Source: Limnothrix sp. BL-A-16 (GTDB lineage: Bacteria; Cyanobacteriota; Cyanobacteriia; CACIAM-69d). Taken from it: a stretch of DNA of 64,000 nt. The notes beneath the pieces were generated by a model. It saw nothing but the letters and a program-made list of their open reading frames with translations, searched no databases and had not been told where the DNA came from. Below, in pieces: positions 1-10,195 of the stretch (its first letter is position 1; the number at the start of each line of letters is the position of its first letter). The position numbers and the translations under genes were made by a program. Location: contig CP166615.1 of NCBI GenBank assembly GCA_041937175.2, positions 1,312,001 through 1,376,000 of the forward strand, written 5' to 3'.

Positions 1-429
1 AGCAAACCCGGACACCGACAACAACCCCGTCAACAGCGCTGCACTGGGTTCATGGGCGATCGCCCCCCAAGTGGCGTTAGTCATGCCCGCGCCTCGGCCC
101 ACCCAATAGCGCCCCAAAACGACACCCCCGATCGTCAGCCATTCCCAGCCCGACTCGATCGGGAAAAACTGCCGAGCCAACCACACCGCCCCCAAGCCCT
201 TCAGGGCCTCCCCCGACACAGCCAACAGGCCCCACCAGGGCCCCCCATGGTAAAAAGCCGCCGATACACTGACATTTCCCGTGCCCAACCGTCGCAACCG
301 TTTGCCCGTGCCCCAACGCACGATCCAGTCCGTGAGGGGCAAAGCGCCCAAAGCCGGACAAAGGGTTAGCAACAGTAGAAGGCCCAAGGTCTGTTCGCTG
401 GTCATGGATGGCAACGGTCGAGGCAATGC

Positions 430-1137
430 TCAAACTAACTGTGGGAACTGACGAACTGCCACCTGTCCCCGGGAACTGAAACAAATCAGCCCTTGGCTTT
501 CCGTCGTTTGTTGCTGGCTGAATCCCGTGATCTGATAGCCCGTGGTGTCATAAAAGGTCACCATTGCGCCCTGTCGCAGGGCCAGGCGATTGAACGACGC
601 AAAATAAGCATAGTCCAGATGGTTTTGGCGGCCTTGAATTGAGGGCTGGCCCCAGTCTATGGGCCACCAGCAATCGCCCGCCCCAAAATCCATGGGGGGC
701 ATGGGGTTCCACGAATACAGCGGTTGGCTAGAGGGTTGGTTGAAGGGTTGGCTAGAGGGTTGGCTTGAGGGGGCTGGACTGGAAGGCTGGCGAGATGGCT
801 GACTGGGTGGGGCGATCGGGGCGCTTTGAAATTGCACCTGGGTTGAGTGGGAAACACCCGACGGTGGGCTTGCGGGGAATTCTGTCGCCCCAGTTTGGCA
901 CCAGTCCTGGTACAAGTCCTGGCACAAGTTGGCTACCCGAGCTTTCAGGGACTGATTAAACAGATCCCCAATCATCAGCATTCCTCCCTGCATCCATTGG
1001 CCCGACCCGCCCAACTCCGGGTGATTAAACTGGGCCATGGCTCCGCGTCCCGATCGAATCCTATCTGCCAAATGGCTGACCGCTGCCAACGAAAACCCAT
1101 GGCGATCGGCGATCGACTGTAGTCTTTGAAAATCCAT
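430..1137 (-). CDS. Hypothetical protein resembling the N-terminal part of proteins usually annotated as SHOCT-domain-containing; P/S/Q-rich linker
   Basis: Motifs MAQFNHPELGGSGQWMQGGMLMIGDLFN and WWP..WG.PS..G.QN...YAYF....RLA. 12-bp repeats at about 722-770 encode QPSS units. No C-terminal SHOCT helix is evident. Confidence 0.6.
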   Translation of the reverse strand: MDFQRLQSIADRHGFSLAAVSHLADRIRSGRGAMAQFNHPELGGSGQWMQGGMLMIGDLFNQSLKARVANLCQDLYQDWCQTGATEFPASPPSGVSHSTQVQFQSAPIAPPSQPSRQPSSPAPSSQPSSQPFNQPSSQPLYSWNPMPPMDFGAGDCWWPIDWGQPSIQGRQNHLDYAYFASFNRLALRQGAMVTFYDTTGYQITGFSQQQTTESQGLICFSSRGQVAVRQFPQLV

Positions 1138-1164
1138 GCCCCCTGCCTCAGTCCCTCACGATTT

Positions 1165-1330
1165 GATTTACTGTTTTTGAGCTACCTTTTTCGAGCTACC
1201 TTTTTTGACTATGTTGTTTTGACCGTTCTTCTTAATTACTGTTTTGATTACTCTTTTTGACTGCTGTTTTTTGACTGCTGTTTTTGATTGTTCTCTGATT
1301 ACGATTTGATTACTGCTTGATCTACGTCCT
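1165..1330. repeat. Degenerate ~12-14-bp T-rich tandem repeat (TGACTGCTGTTTTT-like)
   Basis: Runs such as ttttgactgctgttttttgactgctgtttttgattg and gagctacctttttcgagctaccttttttga. Confidence 0.7.
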
Positions 1331-1420
1331 GATTGATTAACAGTTTCATCATCGGGAACTCATCCATCGAGAACCCATCTATGGGAACTACTCGATTAGA
1401 AATCCATCGCCACTTCACCC

Positions 1421-2251
1421 ATGAAACCCACTCCTCACCCCCCTAAGCCCTTGATTTCGCAAATTCGGCGATCGGGAGCCATCCTCCGTGCCCTGAGCAC
1501 CACCTATTACGCCTATATGTTGGAATATCGGGCGGAATTATTGCTATGGGCCCTTTCGGGAGCCGTACCATTCATTTTGATGGGTGCTTGGGTCAAAGCG
1601 GCGGAAACCGGGCAATTTGGGCTGTCTTCCATCCAATTTGCTCAATATTACCTGGCCGCATTTATTGCTCGGCAAATGAACGTGGTTTGGGTGGTTTGGG
1701 AATTTGAAAAAGAAGTCAACCAAGGACTCCTTTCGCCCAAACTACTACAGCCGATCGACCCGGTTTGGCATCATCTCGTTTCCCACCTCACGGAGCGATT
1801 TGTGCGACTGCCGATCATTGGACTGCTCGTGATCTTATTTTTTGTGCTCTATCCCCAATCATTTTGGCTGCCCAGCGCCGCAAATCTCTTGGGGTTTATG
1901 ATCATTACGCTTTTGGCCTTTGGCCTGCGTTTTTTAATTCAATACACCTTTGCCATGGGGGCATTTTGGATGGAAAAAGCCGCCGCCCTAGAACAGGCTT
2001 GGTTTTTTATCTATCTGCTGGGGTCAGGAATTTTGGCTCCGTTGGAAGTGTTTCCGCCCACGGTGCGATCGATTGTGGAATGGACTCCATTCCCTTATCT
2101 GATCCACTTTCCCGCCGCCCTGTTGATGGGATTACCGGTGGATTGGGGTAAGGGACTCTTGGCGATCGGGCTGTGGAGTGGCTTTTTCTATGGCTTGAAC
2201 CGTTGGCTCTGGCGGCGGGGACTGCGGCAATATTCCGGCATGGGAGCCTAA
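1421..2251 (+). CDS. ABC-2 family transporter permease
   Basis: About six hydrophobic segments; YYAYMLEYRAE, G.LSPKLLQPIDP and PL.VFP..VR.I..WTPFPY motifs; C-terminal GLRQYSGMGA typical of this family. Confidence 0.85.
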   Translation: MKPTPHPPKPLISQIRRSGAILRALSTTYYAYMLEYRAELLLWALSGAVPFILMGAWVKAAETGQFGLSSIQFAQYYLAAFIARQMNVVWVVWEFEKEVNQGLLSPKLLQPIDPVWHHLVSHLTERFVRLPIIGLLVILFFVLYPQSFWLPSAANLLGFMIITLLAFGLRFLIQYTFAMGAFWMEKAAALEQAWFFIYLLGSGILAPLEVFPPTVRSIVEWTPFPYLIHFPAALLMGLPVDWGKGLLAIGLWSGFFYGLNRWLWRRGLRQYSGMGA

Positions 2252-2277
2252 GCAGCAGGAGCAACAACAGCGCCCAA

Positions 2278-2313
2278 GTAGGAGCGTACGGGTGTACGGC
2301 CGTGCGCCCCCAC
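2278..2313. repeat. GTAG-type REP-like palindrome between convergent genes
   Basis: GTAGGAGCGTACGGGTGTACGGCCGTGCGCCCCCAC resembles GTAGGGGCGCACGGCCGTGCGCCCCTAC with an internal 8-bp duplication. Confidence 0.55.
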
Positions 2314-2331
2314 AGGCATTTCCGTTGAGCA

Positions 2332-4596
2332 CTATTCCGCGTTTTGGAAAACCCGCCGCAGATCAATCACGTCGCTCATCTTGCGGATGTGGGTAAAAAC
2401 CCGATCGAGCTGAGTTCGATCGCAAATGTCAATGCCCAAGGTGATCATCGCCGTTTCGCCCGGTTTGGTTTTCACGGCGGCCCGGTTTACGTTCACATTC
2501 GAGTCCGCCAGTCGGGTCAGGATATCCTTGAGCACCCCCACCCGATCGATTGTTTCCACCCGAATTTCCACCGGATAGGTGGGCTGGCGACCCACATTGG
2601 TCACCTCGGGGTTCCAGCTCACCGGCACCAAGCGATCGCCCGGCACATTGGCCAAATTGCTGCAATCTTGGCGGTGAATGGCCAAGCCCCGGCTGCTGCG
2701 GGTCACCACCCCCACGATCGGCTCACCCGGCACCGCGTGACAACAGCCCGCCATGTGATGCAACAGCCCCTCTACCCCCAAAATGGGCGACAGGCGATGG
2801 CGATTTGACCCCGAATCCCCGTGGGGGCGCGGGCTGGACGATGGCATAATCACCGCCTCGGCCACCGGTTGCGCGGTTTTCACCACCTCACGAATTCGCC
2901 CCAGCAGCATATTCAACGTAATTTCCCCATAGCCCAACGCGGCCAGGGTGTCATCCACGCTGTGGTAGTTGCAGCGTTCCGCCACCGCCTGCATGGGCGC
3001 GGACTTCAGAAAACTTTCAAACCCCTGCTTACCCAGTTCCTTTTCCAGTAGTTCGCGGCCGCGGCTGATGTTTTCTTCCCGGCGCGATCGCTTGTACCAC
3101 AGCCGGATCCGGTTGCGGGCCGTGGCCGTCACCACAAAGTTCAGCCAGTCGAGGCTGGGGTGCGCATTTTTCTGGGTGATGATCTCAATGATGTCGCCAT
3201 TTTGTAGGCCCGTGTCCAGGGTCACCATCCGGCGATTCACCAGGGCCCCCGCGCAATGGTTGCCCACCTCCGTATGAATCCGGTAAGCAAAATCCACCGG
3301 AGTTGCATGGTTGCTGAGGGCGATCACATCGCCCTTGGGTGTAAAGACATAAATCTCATCCTCAAAGAGATTTTTCTTAACATTTTCCAGATACTCATGC
3401 GCATCCTTCAGATCGCTTTGCCATTCCAGCAATTGCCGCAGCCAAATAAACTTTTCATCATCGGTGCTGGCGGCTAAGTGGCTACCACCCGTTTCCTTAT
3501 ATTTCCAGTGAGCTGCAATCCCGTATTCCGCCACCCGATGCATTTCTTCGGTGCGAATTTGTACCTCCAAGGGCCGTCCCGTCAAGCCAATCACTGAGGT
3601 ATGAAGCGATTGATAGCGGTTGGGTTTGGGCAGACCAATATAATCCTTGAACCGGCCAGGAATGGGTCGAAATTCATCATGAACCACGGCTAAAGCGCGG
3701 TAACATTCATCAACCGATTGAACAATGACGCGCACGGCAGCAATGTCATAAATTTCCCAGAAGCTTTTATTCTGGCGCTGCATCTTCTGGTAGATGCCAT
3801 AGAGATGCTTGGGCCGGCCGCTGGTTTCGGCGCTTTGAATGCCGAGTTGATTAAGGCGATCGCGCAGAATTTGCAACACCCGATCGAGCCGGGCCTCGCG
3901 ATCGGTGCGTTTTTCCGCCACCAGTTCTTGAATTTCCCGATAGGCATCCGGTTGAAGATATTTAAACGACAGATCTTCCAATTCCCACTTGAAGCGCCCA
4001 ATGCCCAAGCGATTGGCCAAGGGCGCAAAAATATCCATGGTTTCTTGGGAAATCCGGCGCTGTTTTTCCGGAGCCAGGTGCTCCAAAGTTCGCATATTGT
4101 GCAGGCGATCGGCCAATTTCACCACAATCACGCGAATGTCCTTGGCCATCGCCAAAAACATGCGCCTGAAATTCTCCGCTTGCTGCTCTTTTTTACTCGA
4201 AAAATTAAACTTAGAAAGCTTCGTGACCCCTTCCACCAAAAATCGCACTTCTGCACCAAACTTGGCTTCCAAATCTTCCAGGGTTGTAGCCGTGTCTTCC
4301 ACAATATCGTGTAGAAAACCCGCTGCAATCATCTCGGGGCTGCCCCCCAATTCTCGCAGCAAACCAGCCACGGCCACCGGATGGGCAATGTAGGGTTCGC
4401 CGGAAGCCCGATATTGATCTTGATGCAGATCATAGGCAAATTGAAAGGCTCGACAAATCAAGCTGTTGCCTAGGGGGCGTTCCGCGCCTTGGGGATGATG
4501 AAAATCCTCCATTAAACATTGGCTGAGCCAAGTGGGCAGCGACAGACTGGGATATTCATCAACGGGCGAGTAATGGTGGGAAACGGCGACAACCAT
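2332..4596 (-). CDS. rel: Bifunctional (p)ppGpp synthetase/hydrolase (long RSH)
   Basis: HD hydrolase (RASGEPYIAHP, LHDIVEDT), synthetase (GRPKHLYGI, YQSLHT, EVQIRT), TGS (TPVDFAYRIHTEVGN) and ACT domains. Start placed at ATG 4596 rather than the TTG at 4719. Confidence 0.97.
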   Translation of the reverse strand: MVVAVSHHYSPVDEYPSLSLPTWLSQCLMEDFHHPQGAERPLGNSLICRAFQFAYDLHQDQYRASGEPYIAHPVAVAGLLRELGGSPEMIAAGFLHDIVEDTATTLEDLEAKFGAEVRFLVEGVTKLSKFNFSSKKEQQAENFRRMFLAMAKDIRVIVVKLADRLHNMRTLEHLAPEKQRRISQETMDIFAPLANRLGIGRFKWELEDLSFKYLQPDAYREIQELVAEKRTDREARLDRVLQILRDRLNQLGIQSAETSGRPKHLYGIYQKMQRQNKSFWEIYDIAAVRVIVQSVDECYRALAVVHDEFRPIPGRFKDYIGLPKPNRYQSLHTSVIGLTGRPLEVQIRTEEMHRVAEYGIAAHWKYKETGGSHLAASTDDEKFIWLRQLLEWQSDLKDAHEYLENVKKNLFEDEIYVFTPKGDVIALSNHATPVDFAYRIHTEVGNHCAGALVNRRMVTLDTGLQNGDIIEIITQKNAHPSLDWLNFVVTATARNRIRLWYKRSRREENISRGRELLEKELGKQGFESFLKSAPMQAVAERCNYHSVDDTLAALGYGEITLNMLLGRIREVVKTAQPVAEAVIMPSSSPRPHGDSGSNRHRLSPILGVEGLLHHMAGCCHAVPGEPIVGVVTRSSRGLAIHRQDCSNLANVPGDRLVPVSWNPEVTNVGRQPTYPVEIRVETIDRVGVLKDILTRLADSNVNVNRAAVKTKPGETAMITLGIDICDRTQLDRVFTHIRKMSDVIDLRRVFQNAE

Positions 4597-5278
4597 AGGA
4601 TTTTTGAGGGAAAAAATTAGGGTCTGGGATGGGGGGTGAGGAGCGATCGAACGAGTAATGGTCATTCCATTGGCCAATTCCCATGGATGAGAATGATCCC
4701 CAGCCTGAAGGTTGTGCAATCAAGCCCAATCCGCGCAAAGGGCGATCGGAAACGGCGATTCTTCAGGGCTGGAGCTGAACCAATGGCCAACCAATGACCA
4801 ACCAAAGTGAATGCTTAGACGGGGAAAAGGCTGGCTGAAATGGGGCCGAGTGATGACCCCAGGCTGAGGGAACATCACACATCAACTCAGCAATTCAAAA
4901 CAAAGAGCCTGAAAGCAAAATGACCTGCGGAGACGACAAGAAGAGCCTCAAACTGCTAGGGTGCTGTTAACCCCCTGGCCCTGGCTGGGGACAACACAGC
5001 GGCTGAGGCCGTTATCGCTAAAAGGAGTTTTAAATTTAGAGAACGCTGTAATTAGGTCTAACTTAGAAAGCTGGTTTCTGTCATGCTTCAACCAAATTTT
5101 CTAAGCATCCCTGACCCTTGGACTGTGGTTTGTGAACGGCCCGAAGGTTGGAGGAAATTTTTATGAAATGCAATAGATTCTACTAAATTCTCTTCGGTTT
5201 CACGCAATTGGGAATGATGTTTTTTGGATTACACCCGATCGCCCTGATCTCCGTCCCTTCATTACGACCGATCGCCCT

Positions 5279-5722
5279 ATGCAATCTCCCGATTCGATGA
5301 GTAAAAATACGTCAAATCTCAAAAAAAAAGCGCTTGACTCGCTTGAATCAGCCAATAATCGCAGTTTATCGGATAAAGGCTACGAAAAACTACGATTGGC
5401 GCTGGAATGCTTTGAATTGCGCTTGCAAGCGGCAACCCAGCCTCCGGCGGATCTGAATGAAGTGTTGGCCGATCTGCGGATGGCGGTGACGGGGCTGGCG
5501 GAGGGCAGCGGCCTGGAGCAATCACTGCAAGTGGAAATTTACAAACAGTTACGTTTGCTGGAAACGGATTGGGCATTTTTGCGAATGGCTCGCCAACCGG
5601 CGACCTTTGCCCAGCGCCGATCGACCATGCAAGAGCGACTCAAGCTGTTGCAGGGCTATTGCGCCCATGGCCAAACCCTGGCGGCGGACGAAGGGGCGAT
5701 CGCGCCAGATCACGGGCCATGA
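5279..5722 (+). CDS. patD: PatD family protein
   Basis: EIYKQLRLLETDWAFLRMARQPAT...R...MQERL..L.GYC motif; divergent from rel, as is usual in cyanobacteria. Confidence 0.8.
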   Translation: MQSPDSMSKNTSNLKKKALDSLESANNRSLSDKGYEKLRLALECFELRLQAATQPPADLNEVLADLRMAVTGLAEGSGLEQSLQVEIYKQLRLLETDWAFLRMARQPATFAQRRSTMQERLKLLQGYCAHGQTLAADEGAIAPDHGP

Positions 5723-5753
5723 ACGCGGAGGCGACTGCCTTAGGGATGCCTTA

Positions 5754-5884
5754 GAGGATGTCTGAGAAGTATCTTTCAGTACGAGCCAAGCATCAATTAT
5801 CGTGGGGGCAAGGGGCTTAAGCCCCTTGTTTGCGTTGATTGCTGGAGCATACAGAGTAGCAAGTTTGGCTTTTCAGACATCCTC
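5754..5884. mobile_element. 131-bp MITE (outer type; IS5/IS1031-like ends) carrying a REP-like palindrome
   Basis: TIRs GAGGATGTCTGAGAAG / CTTTTCAGACATCCTC; TTA on both flanks (5751-5753, 5885-5887); CAAGGGGCTTAAGCCCCTTG at 5809-5828. Confidence 0.9.
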
Positions 5885-7306
5885 TTAGAGATTATTGCCG
5901 TCGATGATCCAGCCGTTTTGCATCAGCTCGGTGGTTAGGTTGGCAGCCCCAAGACGCGATCGCCACTGTTGGGCCATGGATTGGTCGGCAAAGGGGCCAA
6001 TACGCAGACCGCCGGTTTCGTTGGGGAAAACACTGGAAGCCGGAACCCCCAGTTCACTGAGCCGGTTGATCAGTTGCGCGAGGGGCGATCGCCCATTGGT
6101 CACCACCACAAAATAGGCCGGGTCATTGGTGGCCGTGGAGTTGGCAGCGGCCAGGGTGCTGGGAAGCTGATTGCTCGATCGAGGCAAAGGCGCAAGGCGG
6201 CTGGGGGCTGGCGCAACGATCGGTTCCGAATCCGGCAGGCTGGCCATGGGTTCCGGTGGTGGCTCGGGCAAACTGCGCGATCGACTGGTGTTCCCCAAGG
6301 GGGGCAACCGGCGGCCCGCCATCGGGAGTGGAGCCGTGTTGCTGGGAGGCTGCCATTGGGGATCGCTGCCATTGGGTTCAAAGTTGGCAAAAAGTGCGCT
6401 GGGATCCGGTTCATTCTGATTAGAACCCCACGTTGGTGACCACCCGGCCGCGCCCGATCGAGCGGGCAGGGGCGATCGAACCGGTTGTACCCGATTGAAG
6501 GAATTGACGCTGGCATTAACCGTGGCATCGGATCCAGAAGCTGCCGACTCGCTCAATTCACCAATTTCAGCGGTGATCCCCCGTTGAGCCAGTTCCCGCA
6601 CCCGAGCAGTGGCATCGATCGGTCGCTCAAATAGCCCGGCCCGCACAGCCGTTTGCCCCCGGTAGGTGACAAAAGCCGCCGTGGGAGACAGTTGTTTAAC
6701 CTGCTCAAACAGTCCCAAGCTATCGCCGAGGGCATAGACCACATAACGGCCCTGGCGGGGAACCACCGGCTCAAAAAAGTTGCGATCGGTTGGGTTCGTT
6801 GGGGCGATCGCGCTGGACGGGGTTGGAGGTTCCTGCACCATGGTCACCCCCGAGCCTGCTCCCTCTTCCACCACCCAGCCGGTTTCTTCCGTAGCCGTTG
6901 GGTTCGCGATCGGGCTAGGGCGCGGCGCTTCCAACACTTCCACATCAATGGGTGAGCGCAGTGGGGGCGCAGCAGCGGGCCTTTCAGCTTCGGGGATCGG
7001 CGCGGCGGGCGCACCGGGCAAGGGCGCACCAAAGGGAAGCGTGTCATTGGCCCAAGCGACGGGGGCGATCGCTCCCAGGCCGCAGCATGTCAGCGCCATG
7101 GCCCCCAACCAACGCCCCCAGCTTGGGCCCATGGGGTTCTGGGGATTTTGGCTCGGCTGCTTCCGGCCCCGCTGGCGATGCTTTTGAGGATGGGTGGGAT
7201 GGAGTGCGCTCTTAATACCACCGTGGATATCCATAGAAACTTGAGAAACGTTGACCGCTTCGGGTTCCATATCCATTTCCATATCCATCGCCATCTTGAT
7301 CTGCAT
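5885..7306 (-). CDS. Exported Pro-rich hypothetical protein with two SPOR-like domains
   Basis: Signal-like segment ending VAWA (alternative start ATG 7132). Two compact domains (YVVY...AGLF...RELAQRGI and YFVVV...IGPFAD...WRSRL) are separated by a Pro/Ser-rich linker. Confidence 0.55.
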   Translation of the reverse strand: MQIKMAMDMEMDMEPEAVNVSQVSMDIHGGIKSALHPTHPQKHRQRGRKQPSQNPQNPMGPSWGRWLGAMALTCCGLGAIAPVAWANDTLPFGAPLPGAPAAPIPEAERPAAAPPLRSPIDVEVLEAPRPSPIANPTATEETGWVVEEGAGSGVTMVQEPPTPSSAIAPTNPTDRNFFEPVVPRQGRYVVYALGDSLGLFEQVKQLSPTAAFVTYRGQTAVRAGLFERPIDATARVRELAQRGITAEIGELSESAASGSDATVNASVNSFNRVQPVRSPLPARSGAAGWSPTWGSNQNEPDPSALFANFEPNGSDPQWQPPSNTAPLPMAGRRLPPLGNTSRSRSLPEPPPEPMASLPDSEPIVAPAPSRLAPLPRSSNQLPSTLAAANSTATNDPAYFVVVTNGRSPLAQLINRLSELGVPASSVFPNETGGLRIGPFADQSMAQQWRSRLGAANLTTELMQNGWIIDGNNL

Positions 7307-7461
7307 GGAATTGACCGTTGATTAGCCCACGACTAGCCCGCCGGTATCGGCTACGCACCCATCATCATCGCCGCCTATCATCATAGCCACGCGATCACCG
7401 CAGCATCACCCATCCAATCCGCGATCTCGAATCTTCATGGAAATGGTTGAGTTTTGCGCCC

Positions 7462-9354
7462 CTAGGTTAGGGAGTCAGGCTTAATCGGCAACTCCACCCG
7501 AAATTCCGTTCCTTGCCCGATCGCCGTACTGAATTCAATTAGTCCGCCATGGGACTTCACAATTCTTTCGCTCACGGACAAACCCAAACCCGTCCCCCGG
7601 CCCACCGGCTTGGTGGTGAAAAAGGGATCAAAGAGCTGATCTCGCGCCGACTCAGGAATCCCCATCCCGTTATCCCGCACCAACACCCGCACCCGATCGC
7701 CCAAATTGACCAGGGACACGGCCAACATGGGTTGCCAGTTGGGGTCTTGGCATTGCCGGTCTTGGCGAATTGCCTCCTCCAGCGCATCCAGTGCATTGGT
7801 CAGTAAATGCAACAAAACCTGATTAATTTGGTCGGGATAGCACAACACTGGCGACACCGCCTCATAGCGCGTTTCGAGATTGACGCTCAATCCCGTTTTT
7901 TTGGCCATGGAATCGTTGCCCGTAAGCCGATGATTCAGAATCAACAAAGCGTGCTTAATGCTCGACTGCAAATTCAAGGGCTTCATCCCCTCCTCATCCA
8001 GGCCAGAAAAGGAGCGCAAAGCCAAGACGATCGAGTTAATTCGCAGCACCCCATTCTGCATGGAGTCCATCAGCTTCAGAAAGTCGTCTTGGATGAAGGG
8101 AAGATCTAATTCCGCCTCCAAGTCCTGTAGATGTTCCGGGCGATCGGGATAGGTTTCTTGATAGGCTCGCACCACATCAATTAAATCCTTGGTGTAGTTT
8201 TTGGCATACAGCAAATTGCCCCGAATAAAACTAACAGGATTGTTGATTTCATGGGCAATGCCAGCCACCAACTGGCCCAAGCCGGACATTTTTTCCGCAT
8301 GGATGAGCTGGCTTTGGGTGTTGCGCAAATCCAACAATACCTGATTGAGGACTGCCGCCCGATCGCTCGACAAACGCTCCAATTCGGTGAGGGACTCATT
8401 GGCCCGTCGCAAATCCCCGATCGCCACGGTGCGTTCCCGATTCACCTGCACATAGCTTAAGCAAAGGCCACTGAAGGGAACCAAATAAGCCACAATTTTC
8501 AGGAAATGGGCAATATTAAACCCCGAATCAAACAGGGCCGTCGAACCAAATACCATGTGGAGCTGAGTGGCAACTTGGGGAATCATGCTGACCCAAAGGG
8601 CCAAAGAAAAATAGCTGGGATATTTTTCATAAAACCGAGGCAGTCCCCACAAACCCAAAAGGGCAAACAACACCAACGGCCCCAAATCCCAAGGACGAGT
8701 CACGATCGCATCGGGAAACAAGGTCGGTGGCAGTTTCTGACTGGTTAAGCACAGCCAAATGGTTAAATAGGCGAGCAAACCTAACCCTAAGGATGTGAAA
8801 CCAATTAATGCTGAGCTACCCAGCCCAGACCGGCCCACCCACTGCCAGCGATCGGGCAAAAGATGACTGTTGGTGTTCGTAATGGCAACCAATCCCAGGG
8901 TCAAAATAGTGCCAGAAAATAACCGACAGAGCACCCAAGTGAAAGGGATTAAGTCCACCGAGCTACCGGCAGAATCAATCAGGCGATCGGCGGCCAGCGT
9001 ATGAAATGCATCCATACAACCGGCATAAAACAACACCAACCCAATCAGCGGGGTGACCAAATCTCGATGCAACGTAAAGTGCAAAAAAGCCAACACCGCC
9101 GTCAGAGTGGCAGCAGCAAAGGCACTCCATTCCAAAATGGTGTGGGTAAAACTACCCGCCAACATGCGGTGTAACCCATCCACCAATTCCGGATCCTGCA
9201 CAAAGCTGGGATCCGTCATGGCAGGGATGACCGTCGGATCCAAGGGCTGGATCACCGTGGAAAAAGAAACCCCTGCCAACTCAAACAGCGACGGCAGAAT
9301 GGTGATTACCAAAACAGCCCCAACCCAAACTTGAATAGTGCGTGGTTGAATCAT
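7462..9354 (-). CDS. Membrane sensor histidine kinase (MASE3-like multi-TM input domain)
   Basis: H-box EKMSGLGQLVAGIAHEINNP; N/G1/F/G2 boxes (NALDA, DNGMG, FDPFFTTK, GTGLGL); N-terminal multi-TM region containing HTILEWSAF. Confidence 0.9.
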   Translation of the reverse strand: MIQPRTIQVWVGAVLVITILPSLFELAGVSFSTVIQPLDPTVIPAMTDPSFVQDPELVDGLHRMLAGSFTHTILEWSAFAAATLTAVLAFLHFTLHRDLVTPLIGLVLFYAGCMDAFHTLAADRLIDSAGSSVDLIPFTWVLCRLFSGTILTLGLVAITNTNSHLLPDRWQWVGRSGLGSSALIGFTSLGLGLLAYLTIWLCLTSQKLPPTLFPDAIVTRPWDLGPLVLFALLGLWGLPRFYEKYPSYFSLALWVSMIPQVATQLHMVFGSTALFDSGFNIAHFLKIVAYLVPFSGLCLSYVQVNRERTVAIGDLRRANESLTELERLSSDRAAVLNQVLLDLRNTQSQLIHAEKMSGLGQLVAGIAHEINNPVSFIRGNLLYAKNYTKDLIDVVRAYQETYPDRPEHLQDLEAELDLPFIQDDFLKLMDSMQNGVLRINSIVLALRSFSGLDEEGMKPLNLQSSIKHALLILNHRLTGNDSMAKKTGLSVNLETRYEAVSPVLCYPDQINQVLLHLLTNALDALEEAIRQDRQCQDPNWQPMLAVSLVNLGDRVRVLVRDNGMGIPESARDQLFDPFFTTKPVGRGTGLGLSVSERIVKSHGGLIEFSTAIGQGTEFRVELPIKPDSLT

Positions 9355-9489
9355 GGGGTCGCGATCAAAACTCTCAGGCAAACTTTCCAGCAAACGCTCA
9401 AGCTAATTCTCCAGTCAGTTCTCAAGCCAGTTCTCCAGTCAAGTCCGAAGCCCATTCCTCGGTCAGTCCCTTGGTCAATTTCTTGCTAA

Positions 9490-9588
9490 GAGGATGTCTG
9501 AAAAGTGGTTCGGATGGGCTGCCAAGCCCCTGGCTTGCGTCGATCGATAAGTCCGGCAAGTAGTAGCTGTGGCTTTTCAGACATCCTC
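9490..9588. mobile_element. 99-bp MITE (outer type, shorter variant interior)
   Basis: TIRs GAGGATGTCTGAAAAG / CTTTTCAGACATCCTC; TAA duplicated on both sides; only a remnant (AAGCCCCT) of the central palindrome. Confidence 0.88.
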
Positions 9589-9924
9589 TAAACAAGTCTC
9601 TGAGGTCATGGCCAGGAACATCCCCAACTCAACCTCTAGGTGAATTTTTGGGCAAATTTCTGAAAAGAAACAGTCTCGATGGCCATTTTTAACCCCCAAG
9701 GGCGTTGGTGGCCCAACGGTTTCCAAGGGAGCTAACTGTCCATAAAGTACCCATCAGGCAAACCAGAAAAAATCCGGGAAGGGCAATCGAAATCATCCAG
9801 AAAATTGAAGCATCAATGGTCACCCTTGGATAGCGATCGCTCGGGATAGGCAACGATCGCGGGGTTACTCGTGACGGTTCAACAAGCCGAGTTTTGAAAG
9901 GGTTTGATTGATTTTTCGCCCTAA

Positions 9925-10195
9925 GAGGATGCTTAAAAAGTATTCTTTGGCACGGGCAAGCACCAATAGCCGTGGAAGGGGCTTAGGGCCTGTCGTCGTT
10001 GAGCACGAAACCCTAGATCTGCCGTTAGCGGATCGTGGGGGACAAGGGGCTTGAGCATCTTGTTGCGACGACTAGGGCATGGAAGATTAACTGTTTCAGC
10101 ATCACCTCGAAATAATGACGACAGGCCCTAAGCCCCTTGTCTAAGTCGATCACTGGGGCGTACAGAGTAGCAATTTTGGCTTTTCAGACATCCTC
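9925..10195. mobile_element. 271-bp composite: outer MITE with an inner MITE nested in its palindrome
   Basis: TIRs GAGGATGCTTAAAAAG / CTTTTCAGACATCCTC; TAA duplication; the palindrome is split as AAGGGGCTTA[...]TAAGCCCCTTG. Confidence 0.88.
9986..10128. mobile_element. 143-bp inner MITE (IS5/IS427-like ends) with TA target duplication, carrying its own REP-like palindrome
   Basis: TIRs GGGCCTGTCGTCGTT / AATGACGACAGGCCC; TA on both sides; internal ACAAGGGGCTTGAGCATCTTGT at 10042-10063. Confidence 0.87.

Noticed and set aside
1..84. Possible 5' end of a minus-strand gene (MTNATWGAIAHEPSAALLTGLLSVSGFA...)
   Set aside because: Only 28 codons are visible before the window edge, too little to support a call.
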